Source of the DNA: Chrysomallon squamiferum
Lineage: Eukaryota > Animalia > Mollusca
Assembly (NCBI GenBank): GCA_012295275.1
Contig: CM022670.1
Span: 1,736,001-1,800,000 of the forward strand
Length of the DNA stretch: 64,000 nt
Direction of reading: 5' to 3'
In this document: piece after piece, positions 41,126-54,359 of the stretch
Numbering within the stretch: the stretch's first letter is position 1
How the letters are laid out: each line of letters begins with the position of its first letter
Position numbers and translations under genes: made by a program
Notes under the pieces: model-generated
The model's input: the letters and a program-made list of their open reading frames with translations, nothing else
Told to the model about the DNA's origin: nothing
Database searches by the model: none

Positions 41126-41591
41126 TTTTGTTAATATGAACAGCGCCCCAAATGTACAATAACTGTGTTGACATGCACACTAAAGAATGTTAATGAAATA
41201 TATAACTGACAAATACAAACAATAACAGTTTGCTTACTGTCTAAAATTTAAATATCTTTTCCATTGTTTTTTGTATTTTCTTTTAATAGTTTGAATACAT
41301 TAATCGGAGTATTGTTGTTTTTGTTTTCTGGCTTATTTTTTATTTTTTTATTTTCTTTATTCTTGTTACCTTTAACACATTACCTGATCATTATCAGCAG
41401 ATTTTATCAGATCTAAAAATATCTAACGAATTATAGACTTGGTTGATGTCACATAAAAAAAAAAAATTCCTTATAGCAAACCGTAAACATCAAATAAAAT
41501 GATTTCACTGGTTGGTAATCATCTTCAAGTCGTACCAGGCCTTTTGGTAACACTTTAACTAAAGTATTAGAACTCGTTTAATTTAATAAAC

Positions 41592-44500
41592 AAAGGTAAC
41601 GAAAAGACGTCAGACGGAAAGTTATCACAATCTGACGACAAATTCGTGAAAAGCTAACGAAAAGTCGTCGGACGACAAGTTCTCAGAACCTGACAACAAA
41701 CTGATCAAAAGCTAACGAAAAGTACTCAGACAGAAAGTTATCACAATCTGATGACCAATTCGTCAACGGCTAACGAAAAGTCGTCGGACGACAAGTTCTC
41801 AGAACCTGACGACAAATTGATCAAAAGCTAACGAAAAGTCCTCAGAGGATATTTATCGAAATCTGACGACAAATTCATTAAAAGCTAACGGAAAGTCGTC
41901 GGACGACAAGTTCTCAGAACCTGACGACAAATTGATCAAAAGCTAACGAAAAGTCCTCAGAGGATATTTATCGAAATCTGACGACAAATTCATTAAAAGC
42001 TAACGGAAAGTCGTCGGACGACAAGTTATCACAATCTGACGACAAATTTGTCAAAAGGTAATGAAAAGTCGTCAGAGGCAAGTTATCACAATCTGACGAC
42101 AAATTCGTGAAAAGCTAACGAAAAGTCGTCGGACGACAAGTTCTCAGAACCTGACGACAAACTGATCAAAAGCTAACGAAAAGTCCTCAGAGGATATTTA
42201 TCAAAATCTGACGACAAATTCGTTAAAAGCTAACGAAAAGTAGTCAGACAGAAAGTTATCACAATCTGATGACCAATTCGTCAACAGCTAACGAAAAGTC
42301 GCCAGACGACAAGTTATCACAATCTGACGACAAGTTTGTCAAAAGCTAACGAAAAGTCTTCAGACGACAAGTTATGAAAATCTGACGCCAAATTCGAGAA
42401 AAGATAACACAAGATCGTCAGACTCAAACTTATCAAAATCTTATGAAAAATTCAGAGGAATATTCACAATTTGACGACAAATTCGTCAAGATCGAACGAA
42501 AAATCGTTAGAAGGAATGTTATCACAATCTGACGACAAATTCGTCAAAAGCTAACAAAAAGTAATCGAAAAATCGTTAAACGGAAAGTTATCATCATCAG
42601 ATGGAAGATCAAAATCGTGAAAAAATTCGATAAAAAACGTCGTCAGACGCAAAGTTATGAAAATGTGAATACAAATTCATCAAGAACAAACGAAGAGGCA
42701 TCAGACACAACGTTATCATAATGTGACGACAAGTTTGTCAAAACCTAACGAAAAGTCGTCCGAAGAAAGTTATCACAATCTGACGACAAATTAGTCAAAA
42801 GTAGTCAGACAGAAAGTTATGCCAATCTTATGACCAATTCGTCAACAGCTAACGAAAAGTCGTCAGACGGAAAATTCTCAGAACCTGACGACAAATTGAT
42901 AAAAAGATAACGAAAAGTCGTCAGAGAATATTTATCACAATCTGACAGAAAGTTATCACAATCTGACGGTAAATTCGTGAAGAACTAACGAAAAGGCATC
43001 AGATGGAAAGTTATAATCTGGCGACAAATTCGTGAAAAGCTAACAAAACGTCGTCAGACTGAAAGTTATCAAAATCTGACGACAAATTCGTCAAGAGCTA
43101 ACGAAAAGTAATCACAGTCTGACGACAAATTCGTCAAAAGCTAATGGAAAGTCGTCAGACAGAAAGTTATCACAATCTGACGGCAAATTCGCGAAGAACT
43201 AACGAAAAGGCATCAGATTGAAAGTTATCACAATCTGACGACAAATTCGTCAAGAGCTAACGAAAACTAATCACAATCTGATGACAAATTCGTCAAGAAC
43301 TAACGAAAAGTCCTCAAACGGAAAGTTATCACAATATGACGACAAATTCGTCAAAAGCTAACGTCGTCAGACTGACGGAAAAAATCGTCCGACAAATTCG
43401 TCAAAGTTAACGAAAAGTAATGGCAATCTTATGACTAATTTGTCAACAGCTAACGAAAAGTCGTCAGACGACAAGTTATCACAATCTCACGGCAAATTCG
43501 TGAAGAACTAACGAAAAGGCATCAGATGGAAAGTTATCATAATCTGGCGACAAATTCGTCAAGAGCTAACGAAAAGTAATCACAATCTGACGACAAATTC
43601 GTCAAAAGCTAACGGAAAGTCGTCAGACAGAAAGTTATCACAATCTGACGACAAATTCGTCAAGAAGTAACGAAAAGGCATCAGATGGAAAGTTATCATA
43701 ATCTGGCAACAAATTCGTGGAAAGCTAACAAAACGTCGTCAGATGCAAAGTTTTGAAAATGTGAATACAAATTCATCAAGAACAAACGAAGAGGCATCAG
43801 ACACAACGGTATCATAATCTGACGACAAGTTTGTCAAAACCTAACGAAAAGTCGTCCGAAGAAAGTTATCACAATCTGACGACAAATTAGTCAAAAGTAG
43901 TCAGACAGAAAGTTAAATCTTATGACCAATTATCAACAAACCGACGATAAATTCTCATAAAAGACGAAAAATTGAAAAAGATAACGAAAAGTCGTCAAAA
44001 TAATATTTATCACAATCTGACGACAAATTCGTCAAAAGCAAACGGAAACTCGTCAGACTGAAAGTTATGGCGATCAAATTCTTCAACAGCTAACCGAAAA
44101 GTGGAAACAAGTTATCAGAACCTGACGACAAATTGATCAAAAGCTAACGAAAAGTCCTCGTCATTTATCAGAATCTGACGACAAATGAAAAGGCAAAACT
44201 CAGACGGAAAGTTATCAGAATCTGACGACAGATTCCTGAAAAGGTAACGGAAAGTAGTCAGACAGAAAGTTATCACACTGACGATAAATTCGTCAGCAGC
44301 TATCGAAAAGTCGTCAGACGACAAGTTCTCAGAACCTGACGACAAACTGATCAAAAGCTAACGAAAAGTCCTCAGAGGATATTTATCAGAATCTGACGAC
44401 AAATTCGTGAAAAGCTAACAAAACTTCGTCAGACGGAAAGTTATCAGAATCTGACGACAAATTCGTGAAAAGCTAACGGAAAGTAGTCAGTCAGAAAGAT

Positions 44501-47437
44501 ATAACAATCTGACGACAAATTCGTCAAAAGCTAAGGAAAAGTCGTTAAACGGAAAGTTCTCACAATGTGACGACAAATTCGTCAAGATCGAACGCAAAAT
44601 CGTTACCCGGAAAGTTATCACAATCTGACAACAAATTCTTCAGGAGCTTACGAAAAATCTTCAAACGGAAAGTAATCACAGTCTCAAGAGAAATTCGTGA
44701 AAAGCTAACAAAACGTCGTTAGAGGATAGTTATCACAATCTGACGAAAAATTCGTCAGCAGCTATCGAAAAGTTGTCAGAAGAGAAGTTCTCAGAACCTG
44801 ACAACAAATTGATCAAAAGCTAACGAAAAGTCCTCAGAGGATATTTATCAGAATCTGACGACAAATTCGTCAAGAACTAACGAAAAATCGTCAGACAGAA
44901 AGTTATGGCAATCTTATTATCAAAATCAGGCGACAAATTCGTCAAGAACTAACGAAAAGTCATCAAACGGAAAGTTATCACAATCTGACGACAAATTCGT
45001 CAAGATCGAACGCAAAATCGTTAGACGGAAAGTTATCACAATCTGACGACAAATTCTTCAGGAGCTTACGAAAAATCATCAAACGGAAAGTAATCACAGT
45101 CTCAAGAGAAATTCGTGAAAAGCTAACAAAACGTCGTTAGAGGAGAGTTATCACAATCTGACGACAAATTCGTCAAGAACTAACGAAAAGTCATCAGACG
45201 ACAGATTCCTGAAAAGGTAACGGAAATTACACAGACAGAAAGTTATCACACTTTGACGACAAATTCATCAGCAGCTATCGAAAAGTTGTTAGACGACAAG
45301 TTCTCAGAACCTGACGACAAATTGATCAAAAGCTAACGAAAAGTCCTCAGAGGATATTTATCAGAATCTGACGACAAATTCGTGAAAAGCTAACAAAACT
45401 TCGTCAGACGGAAAGTTATCAGAATTTGACGACAAATTCGTGAAAAGCTAACGGAAAGGAGTCAGACAGAAAATTATCACAATCTGACCGCAAATTCGTC
45501 ATGAGCTATCGAAAAGTCGTCAGACGACAAGTTCTCAGAATCTGACGACAAATTCGTCAAAAGCTAATGGAAAGTCGTCAGACAGAAAGTTATCACAATC
45601 TGACGGCAAATTCGTGAAGAACTAACGAAAAGGCATCAGATGGAAAGTTATCACAATCTGACGACAAATTCGTCAAAAGCTAATGGAAAGTCGTCAGACA
45701 TAAAGTTATCACAATCTGACGGCAAATTCGTGAAGAACTAACGAAAAGGCATCAGATGGAAAGTTATCATAATCTGGCGACAAATTCGTCCAAGAGCTAA
45801 CGAAAAGTAATCACAATCTGACGACAAATTCGTCAAAAGCTAACAAAACTTCGTCAGACAGAAAGTTATGGCAATCTTATTATCAAAATCAGGCGACAAA
45901 TTCGTCAAGAACTAACGAAAAGTCCTCAAACGGAAAGTTATCACAATCTAACGACAAATTCGGAAAGCTAACGGAAAGTCGTCAGACAGAAAGTTATGGC
46001 AATCTTATGACTAATTTGTTAACAGCTAACGAAAAATCGTCAGACGACAAGTTATCACAATCTCACGGCAAATTCGTGAAGAACTAACGAAAAGGCATCA
46101 GATGGAAAGTTATCATAATCTGGCGACAAATTCGTCAAGAGCTAACGAAAAGTAATCACAATCTGACGACAAATTCGTCAAAAGCTAATGGAAAGTCGTC
46201 AGACAGAAAGTTATCACAATCTGACGGCAAATTTGTGAAGAACTAACGAAAAGGCATCATATGGAAAGTTATCATAATCTGGCGACAAATTCGTCAAGAT
46301 TCCTGAAAAGGTAACGGAAATTACACAGACAGAAAGTTATCACACTCTGACGACAAATTCGTCAGCAGCTATCGAAAAGTTCTCAGACGACAAGTTCTCA
46401 GAACCTGACGACAAATCGATCAAAAGCTAACGAAAATTCCTCAGAGGATATTTGTCAGAATCTGACGACAAATTCGTCAAGAACTAACGAAAAATCGTCA
46501 GACAGAAAGTTATGGCAATCTTATTATCAAAATCAGGCGACAAATTCGTCAAGAACTAACGAAAAGTCATCAAACGGAAAGTTATCAGAATCTGACGACA
46601 GATTCCTGAAAAGGTAACGGAAAGTACACAGACAGAAAGTTATCACACTGACGACAAATTCGTCAGCAACTATCGAAAAGTCGTCAGACGACAAGTTCTC
46701 AGAACCTGGCGACAAATTGATCAAAAGCTAACGAAATGTCGTCAGAGGAATATTTGCAACCTGACAACAAATTCGTGAAAAGCTAAGAACACGTCATTAG
46801 ACGGAAAGTTATCGTAATCTGACGACAAATTCGTGAAAAGCTAAGAACACGTCATTAGACGGAAAGTTATCGTAATCTGACGACAAATTCGTGAACAACT
46901 AACGAAAAGGCGTCAGACAGAAAGTTATCAAAATCTGACGACAAATTCGTCAAAAGCTAAATGAAAAGTCTTCAGATGGAATCACAATCTGACGAGAAAT
47001 TCGTGAAAACCTAACAAAACGTCATTAGACGGAAAGTCGTGAAACGGAAAGTTATCACAATCTGACGACAAATTCGTCAAGAGCTAACGAAAAGTCGTGA
47101 AACGGAAAGTAATCACAATCTGACGACAAAATAGTCAAAAGCTAACAAAACGTCGTCAGACGGAAAGTTATCACAATCTGACGACAAATTCGTCAAGAAC
47201 TAACGCAAAGGCGCCACACGAAAAGTTATCACAGTATGAGGACTAATTTGTGAAAAGGTTAGAAAACGTCGTGAGACTGAAAGTTATCAGAATCTGACGA
47301 CAGATTCGTCAAAAGTTAACGAAAAGTCGTTAGACGTCGTCAGTGTGACGACAAATTCGTGAAAAGTTAACAAAACGTCGTCAGACTTAAAGTTATCACA
47401 ATCAGACGGAAAATTCGTCAAGAACTAACGAAAAGGC

Positions 47438-47440
<3 letters not shown>
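41592..47440. repeat. Tandem satellite array, ~58-bp palindromic monomer, roughly 100 copies
   Basis: Consensus AAATTCGTCAAAAGCTAACGAAAAGTCGTCAGACGGAAAGTTATCACAATCTGACGAC read repeatedly across about 5.85 kb, with recurring variant monomers. Confidence 0.95.

Positions 47441-47520
<80 letters not shown>
47441..47520. repeat. (GA)n microsatellite joining the satellite to duplication copy B
   Basis: The run starts directly at the satellite motif CGTC-AGA. Confidence 0.95.
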
Positions 47521-47521
<1 letters not shown>

Positions 47522-47880
47522 TATTTAATTTAGTATCACCACAAAATAATAAACATTTCTGATTTCAGGTATTGTTAAAATGCTTTATTTTATAAATTTC
47601 AATAAACACCAAGCATAAAAAAATGCTGTTAGTGTTACTGTTGATGTAGTAATAGTAATAGAAGAAAAATAAATAGTTGTAGCAGTAATCTTAAGATTTA
47701 AAAATGACAAATAATAATTTTTGCTTGTAATACTGCAAATCCTGATATAAAAGAATAATAATACTATAGCAGTAGTAATGATAATTGTAATTATTATTGT
47801 TTTTGTTGTTGTTGTTCTGATTGGTACTGCTACTATTATTATTGTTGCATTACAGTTAGTTAATGTTAATATGTAATTTG

Positions 47881-48239
47881 AATATACTTTTTAACCAGCA
47901 GTTAAAATCAGTTCTAAAATTATGTGAAAGCAGATATTTCACGAAAAGGGAAAACAAAAGAAGGATCTTCCAAAAAACTCCTATTATTTTAGCATGTTAA
48001 TGATATTAAACAAAATTTAAATTTGCTCTTAACTTCTAAATTCTGCCAGTCAAATCAACATATTTAAACGAAACCATAGTAGGAACGTTCCGATTCGATG
48101 AGATTGACTAAATAATGAATTTGTTTTTTCTTTCTTTTAATATTCTGGGTATGAGTTTTTTGGAAGATCCTTCTTTTGTTTTCCCTTTTCGTGAAATATC
48201 TGCTTTAACATATTTTAACTGCTGGTTAAAAAGTATATT
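47881..48239. repeat. Fold-back inverted repeat (arms about 47881-47980 and 48153-48239)
   Basis: AATATACTTTTTAACCAGCAGTTAAAA...GAAGGATCTTCCAAAAAACTC is mirrored by GAGTTTTTTGGAAGATCCTTC...TTTTAACTGCTGGTTAAAAAGTATATT. Confidence 0.9.
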
Positions 48240-48927
48240 GATTACGTAATCGCACTTCAACCTCGCCAGTTCTGGAAATGAGAAATATTTTTTGAAGATT
48301 AAAAAACGAAAGAAAATAAAAATAAACAGTTACCTGTTACCTTTAGAATTTATGCATCAAAGTGTTATAAATGCCAAGTAAAAAATAGTTTTTGAAATCC
48401 AAGATATCCAGATTGGTGGCTGGAAAAAAAAACAAAAAACAAAAAAATTGTTTAAGTGTATACAGCAAAGTTAAATGATCTTGTAATCTACATTTTGAGT
48501 AGCTTTGTCTTTTCCATGAGTGAGTAAACTCACTTTTAAAGTAAGTAAGTAAAATTAAGTTTTGAATAACTACAGTGCAGATACTGTATGTGTGAAAATA
48601 TAACACTTGTTAACCTCACATTTTCTTTAACATGGACAAAGTAAAAAAATTCAAATGTGAAACATAGATGGAAATACAGCAATATATATATATATAAAAT
48701 ATATATCAAGATAAACTATTTTAAACCATACTTATTTTGCATGACACATAAAATAAAACAGAATACAAAAAATTCTGAATGCTATGAATGTATTAAACAT
48801 TTATAAATGTTAGAATAAAATGAAATTTCTTTTTACTTAACTGTTTCCCGTTCTTAATAATGTTTTTGATAGTAGTTGCTCGACTCGTTACAGATACCTT
48901 TCCTTCAAGACCAATAACCAGAGCTGT
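48240..48927 (-). pseudogene. SMC6: Unprocessed duplicated fragment of SMC6 (most of coding exon 3, the intron, start of coding exon 4)
   Basis: Collinear copy of 26105-26817 including intron. The exon part translates [28 protein letters not shown] versus [28 protein letters not shown]; it is truncated at both ends. Confidence 0.92.
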
Positions 48928-51749
48928 TTTTTTTTTTTTGTTGTTGTTGTTGTTGTTATTTTTATTTGTTTGTTTTTAAATTTTTTTTGTTTGTTTTAAA
49001 TATAATTTTTGAAAGGATTTCATGAAATGCAAAAATACGTTTGCAGAAACAGCCACCCGAACACTTCGAATCGTCTATGGAGATGTTTTAAACAAAATTT
49101 CTCTCGGAAGAAAAAAAAAAGTTTGGTAGGACTTTCGTCAATTGTCTGTTTATTTAGTTCCACCAGAAAACTGTACACTTCCCTAAAATGTTTAAGAACG
49201 AATTATATTTATTCGTCCTCGGGAAATGGATAGTTTGATTTCGATTTTTTTCTGGTCTTTTAAAATAACAAAAAATTTCAACTGGAAGAATTTAAAATGA
49301 TAAGTTTGGAACTGAAATTTGGTTCTTTTACAATTCACACATTTTAATATAGTAAAAATATAAAATTCACACATTTTAATATAGTAAAATATAAAAGTGA
49401 ATTAATGTATTAAAGCACTGAAGTCTCTTGATGGTAAGTAAAATAAATCTATAAACCGGTTATGAATATATTGTAATTCCTAGTAGTAAATACCTAAATC
49501 ACATAAATGCTAACTTTATGTTATTGTAATAAACATAAAAAAATACATGAAGTATTCCACTTTTCTTCAAATTTAATTGTTTTGTTATTTATCTTACAAA
49601 TATATTTATCTTCATAATAATACATTTTAATAGTATTTTGGAATATTTAAAAATTGATGCTGCTCGTTAAAAATAAAATAAAATTGCAATGTTTCCTATA
49701 TTTTTTACTTGAAATAAATTGAAACCATTTAAAAAAAAATTGATGAACAATTTCATCATTTGCAAAAGGAATGTCACAAATTATACACGTGTAAAAGCTC
49801 ATATTTTTCGGAAAGGGAAAACAAAAGTAGGACTTTTGCAGAAACAAACGCCCGAAATATTTTTTAAAAAGACTTCATTGTGCAGAAATCCTCCTCGAGA
49901 CCGGATAGATTTTCTTTCATTTTCAAAAACTGTTCTAAGTTTAACTGGAAGGAAAGAAAGTATGGTAAGTTTGGTTTCCATCAACTGTCTGTTTATTTGG
50001 GGTTAACGTGTTTAATTAGACTTAAATTATTTGAAAAATAAATACGTGAAAACGCTAAACTTAAACATGCTAAAATAAAATAATAAAAAATATTTCTTCT
50101 TGTAAGGTTCCAATATAGTAAAACTATAAGTAAAATTGTACAGTGCAGGCAGTGTCCTAATACTGAAACTGTGTTATTTATATTTATTCTTTTAAAAGAC
50201 TAAATGTGTTAAACGTTTTAGTTTGATGTCGATTTTTTCTTGGCTGTACTGTGAAATAGGGATTTAACAATAAATGAGAATAATAAACACAAACGTGGAT
50301 ATAATATAACAAATAATAATAATGATGACGATGATGATGATAAAATGAAATGAATTACAGAATTGATATTACAGATACTTTTACCCTTACATTATTTGTA
50401 TGATATACGTATGAAATCATTATCTTTTTATGTTTCAATTTTTTATTTGCTTTTATTTGTTTTCATTTCATTTATTTATTTATCGTTTAAATTTTATTTC
50501 ACCACAGAATATATAATATAATATCTACAGAATAATTTTTAATATAGTAAAATATAAAAGTTAATTAACTTATTAAAGTATAGAAATCTCTTGATGGTCA
50601 ATGAAATAATTCTAGTAATTTTTTCAAGATATACTGTAATCGTAATAAATATAAAAGAATACAAGAAGGTTAAAAAAAAAGAAAGAAAAAAAGAGAGAAA
50701 AATGTACATATTTAAACAAATAATTTTGTTGTTTTGCGATTTACCTTACAATTACATATAATCTTATAGTAATATATATTAACAGTTTTTTGGAATTCAA
50801 ATAAAATACTTGGATTTATCTCAGTAGTTTGTGTTGCTAAAAAATAGGGAGTTTGTACAGTGTTCTAAACATGCTAATATAAATGGATAATTGCACAAAT
50901 ATAAAATATATTAAATTATTTAGGATTATTTGAAGATCTATTTAAATACGGAATAATTTACGTTACGGGCAAACAGTAAATGTAGATGGATAGCCTGATC
51001 ATTAGTGATACCTTTAACAAGTTGTAAATATATTTCACAAATTAGGGAGTACCAAAAATAGATATATATTTATTTTTGTGAAACAGATGTCTGTTTACCA
51101 GGAATGAGACTATATTTACAAAATATAACATGAGTGCTTGTATAAATAAGTTTCATACTAACTTAATTTTATTAAAAATATTAATTTCTGACCATCTCGC
51201 CTAAATTTTAATCCAGACAGGAATTTTTCTTTTGGTTACATATCGGTATTGTGATTAAAAAAAAAAAAAAAAAATGTAAAAATAAAAATAGAATATATGA
51301 TGCAATTTATCTGAATTTAAATTTAAGAAAAAACTTATTCAAGCTTGGTGTTTGTATTTTGTTAATGGTGTGAAATACTTTGAACAAAATATTATGTAAC
51401 ATATCCTGTGACCTCTGTTAAACGTGGTTTTCGTCAATTGTCTTTTGGTTTAGGATTAAACTTATTTAAAAACAAAATACGGAAATACGATAAAACTTAA
51501 AGATGCTAAAATAAAAAAATACAACATATTCTTGCTGGTGTGGTTCCGATAGAGTAAAACTATAAGTAAAATTGTACAGTGCAGGCAGTGTCCTAATACT
51601 GAAACTATAATATTTATATTTATTCTTTTAAAAGATTAAATGTGTTAAAAGATTTAGTTTGATGTCGATCTTTTCTTAGTTGTAAGTTAAAATAGGGAAT
51701 TAACAAAAAAATGAGAATAATATACACAAATGTGGATATAATATAAGAA

Positions 51750-51798
<49 letters not shown>

Positions 51799-53197
51799 TG
51801 ATAATGATGATGATGATTATCATCATCATAAAATAACATGAAAAGGCAAATATGCTTATGAATGGATTATCCTTTTATGTTTTTTATTTTATTTATTTAT
51901 TTATTTATTTATTTTTGTGATTTTATTTCACCACAGAATTTTTAATATAATATATACAATTCATACATTTTAATATAGAAAAATATAAAATATAAAATAT
52001 AAAAATATAAAGTACTAAAGTCTCTTGATGGTCAGTAAAATAAATCTAAATATATTGAAAAAGTAAGTTTGTTAAGTTTGGTTTTCGTCATCTGTCTGTT
52101 TATTTAGGTTTAAACTTATTTAATTAAGCTTAGAAATTTAAAAAAGAAATACGAAAGAGCGCTGAACATAAACATGCTAAAATAATAATATTAAAAAATT
52201 AATTCTACTTGAATGTTTCCAGTATAAGTTCGTTAAGTAAGTCTGTATTTTATCTGTAAGTGAAAGAAGTTCGAAATGATTTATATTTTTCAATATGGGC
52301 AGACTATATTTACAAAATATAAACAAGAGTACTTGTATAAATAAGTTTCATACTAACTGCATTTTATTATAAAAAAAAAGAAAAGGTTTTTGACCACCTG
52401 AACCAGGAGACAGGAATTTTAACTTATTTATTAACATTTAATTTAAAAATAAACTTATCCAAGCTTCCCTTTTTGGATATGGTCTGTATATATATATCTA
52501 TATAATTTACTGTTACCATTGTTTCCATTTAAACTGCAAATTAGGACAGATAGACTAATCATTATTAATAGATTTCGTAAGTTCTAAAAATATGTTGAAT
52601 TTCAAAAAAAAAAGAAAATGAAAGTGGGAATTTCACTTTTCTGTTTATTTCAAGAGATGACTACACCCGGAATAATTTGAGAAAAACCCCTTCATTGTTT
52701 GATAATGAGTCATTTTGCGGGAAAACCGCGAACGTGTACAGATAGGGTAATCATTATTAATAGATTTCATAAGTTCTAAAAATATGTAGCGGTCAAAGTT
52801 TAAGTGGAGACGTCAATCTTCTTTTTATTTCGGAGGTACACACACCAGGTATAATAGGATAAAGGAGATCACTGCTTAACACTGGTTATCATTGGTTGCT
52901 ATCGTCCAATCGGAACAAATTTGTTATCCCTTCATTTTTATTGGTCAAATTCAGTGAACAAAATAAGTATCTCGCCTTTGAAAGTCATTTACAGCATCTT
53001 GTCTGAGGAGTTATCACGTCATTTTCAAGGAGCGTCGTAACATCTTTGTAAGTGTACATTTTCATTTTTATTTTAAGCTTCAGTGTATCTAACATCATAT
53101 TCAACTCTTAGAACACTTCAACGTTTTCTAGGTAAAGGCATGGTAAACCTAAGAGAGAAAAGCATTTCGTTATTTAGAAAACGTTATTTATGAATCG

Positions 53198-53860
53198 TGG
53201 GCATCAACAGTGGAATCGACTGCGACTTCGAGTCCGACTCTATGAGACTGAATGGAGATGGCGTCGTCTCAAAGGGAGGTCATCCAGTGTCCGTCTCGAT
53301 ACATTTGAGTCACGGTAATGGGAAAAATGCTCCGTCTCTTGACAAGGACCCAGCTCTTAATGTCCGCTAATGTCTTGAGATAGGAAATGAGAAAAGCTGG
53401 CTAAGCTTATTCAAGGGTATCTTCTCATATGACGTGATTCAAATGTAAATGCCTATCCTATTGTCGTAGATCTTGGCGTTAGAATTCATGCTCAGAATAT
53501 CCATTGGAATCGTTGTCTACCAGAACATGGTTGATCTCGCACTTGCCCAGTGTTGTTGGAGTCTTGATATGCTTCTATCCGAACGAGTTGCAGAACCTGT
53601 TTTGAAATGTTAGGATTACCACTTTTATATCCGACAGTTTCAGAGCATTTGTCAAATCTTTTTGCGGCAACATCTTACTGAATACGTTTTTCACGTCGGA
53701 TTGCTTGGAAGCTATTAAATTCCTAAATCGAATGGGAACCGACCATGCAGATACAAAATGCAGCAACAGTTCGGTTCGAATATCTTGACTGCGATTACAT
53801 TTACAGTTTTCACGTACAAATAATAAACGCGTTATTCATGAACGTTAGATTTGTTTTTGG
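53198..53860 (+). ncRNA. Candidate structured RNA element, copy 3, plus cassette-B-specific hairpin region
   Basis: 53198-53460 is near-identical to 38991-39250. Downstream nested pairings: AGTC..GATAT with ATATC..GACT, CCGAAC/GTTCGG, GTTGC/GCAAC, TTAGGA/TCCTAA, ATCCGAC/GTCGGAT. Confidence 0.5.
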
Positions 53861-54359
53861 ATTCAGCTTTCATGGTCTCTTAATTTATAAATATCATTAA
53901 AAGATTTGTTGATTTGTTTGTTGTTGTGTTTTTGTTTTATTTTCAGATTGTTTATAGCATGTTTTGTATGCTTTTCTTGGTGTCATGGTGAGATTTTCTG
54001 TTTGTGAGAGTGTAATTGAGGCTTAATCCATTACTGTGTGAAGAGAAATCTGGAAACTGCAAATACACATATTTAAAAGATAATATTTTTGATTCTGATG
54101 GCATATTTATATGTCACAATAACTACATTAGTGACTTTCATATTATAGTTGTTGTATTAGTCAATTAGATATGAATTATTATGTGCGCCACTTACATGCA
54201 AATGTCGTTATGTTAATAGTGAGTCGGATTTCACTGTTGTTATGCGAGTTATTGCTGGCAGTTGTAATTTGTCAAGGAAAATATTGGTATGGTTAGTGAG
54301 TTAGATATTTACAAGTTAGAAAGGAGTTAAAAAAATTTGTTTTATCTTTCAGAATTCTA

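Larger units (their letters stand above)
47441..53480 (+). repeat. Segmental duplication, copy B
   Basis: Collinear with 29856-39310 but lacks the FLYWCH segment, has one rather than four 850-bp units, and contains an inversion plus an SMC6 fragment. Confidence 0.85.

Noticed and set aside
44115-46724. ORFs 44115-44354 and 46533-46724
   Set aside because: Chance open frames on the reverse strand of the 58-bp satellite.
41592-47440. CRISPR-like array (palindromic repeats at regular spacing)
   Set aside because: The sequence between palindromes is itself repeated rather than unique spacers, there are no cas genes, and the context is eukaryotic.
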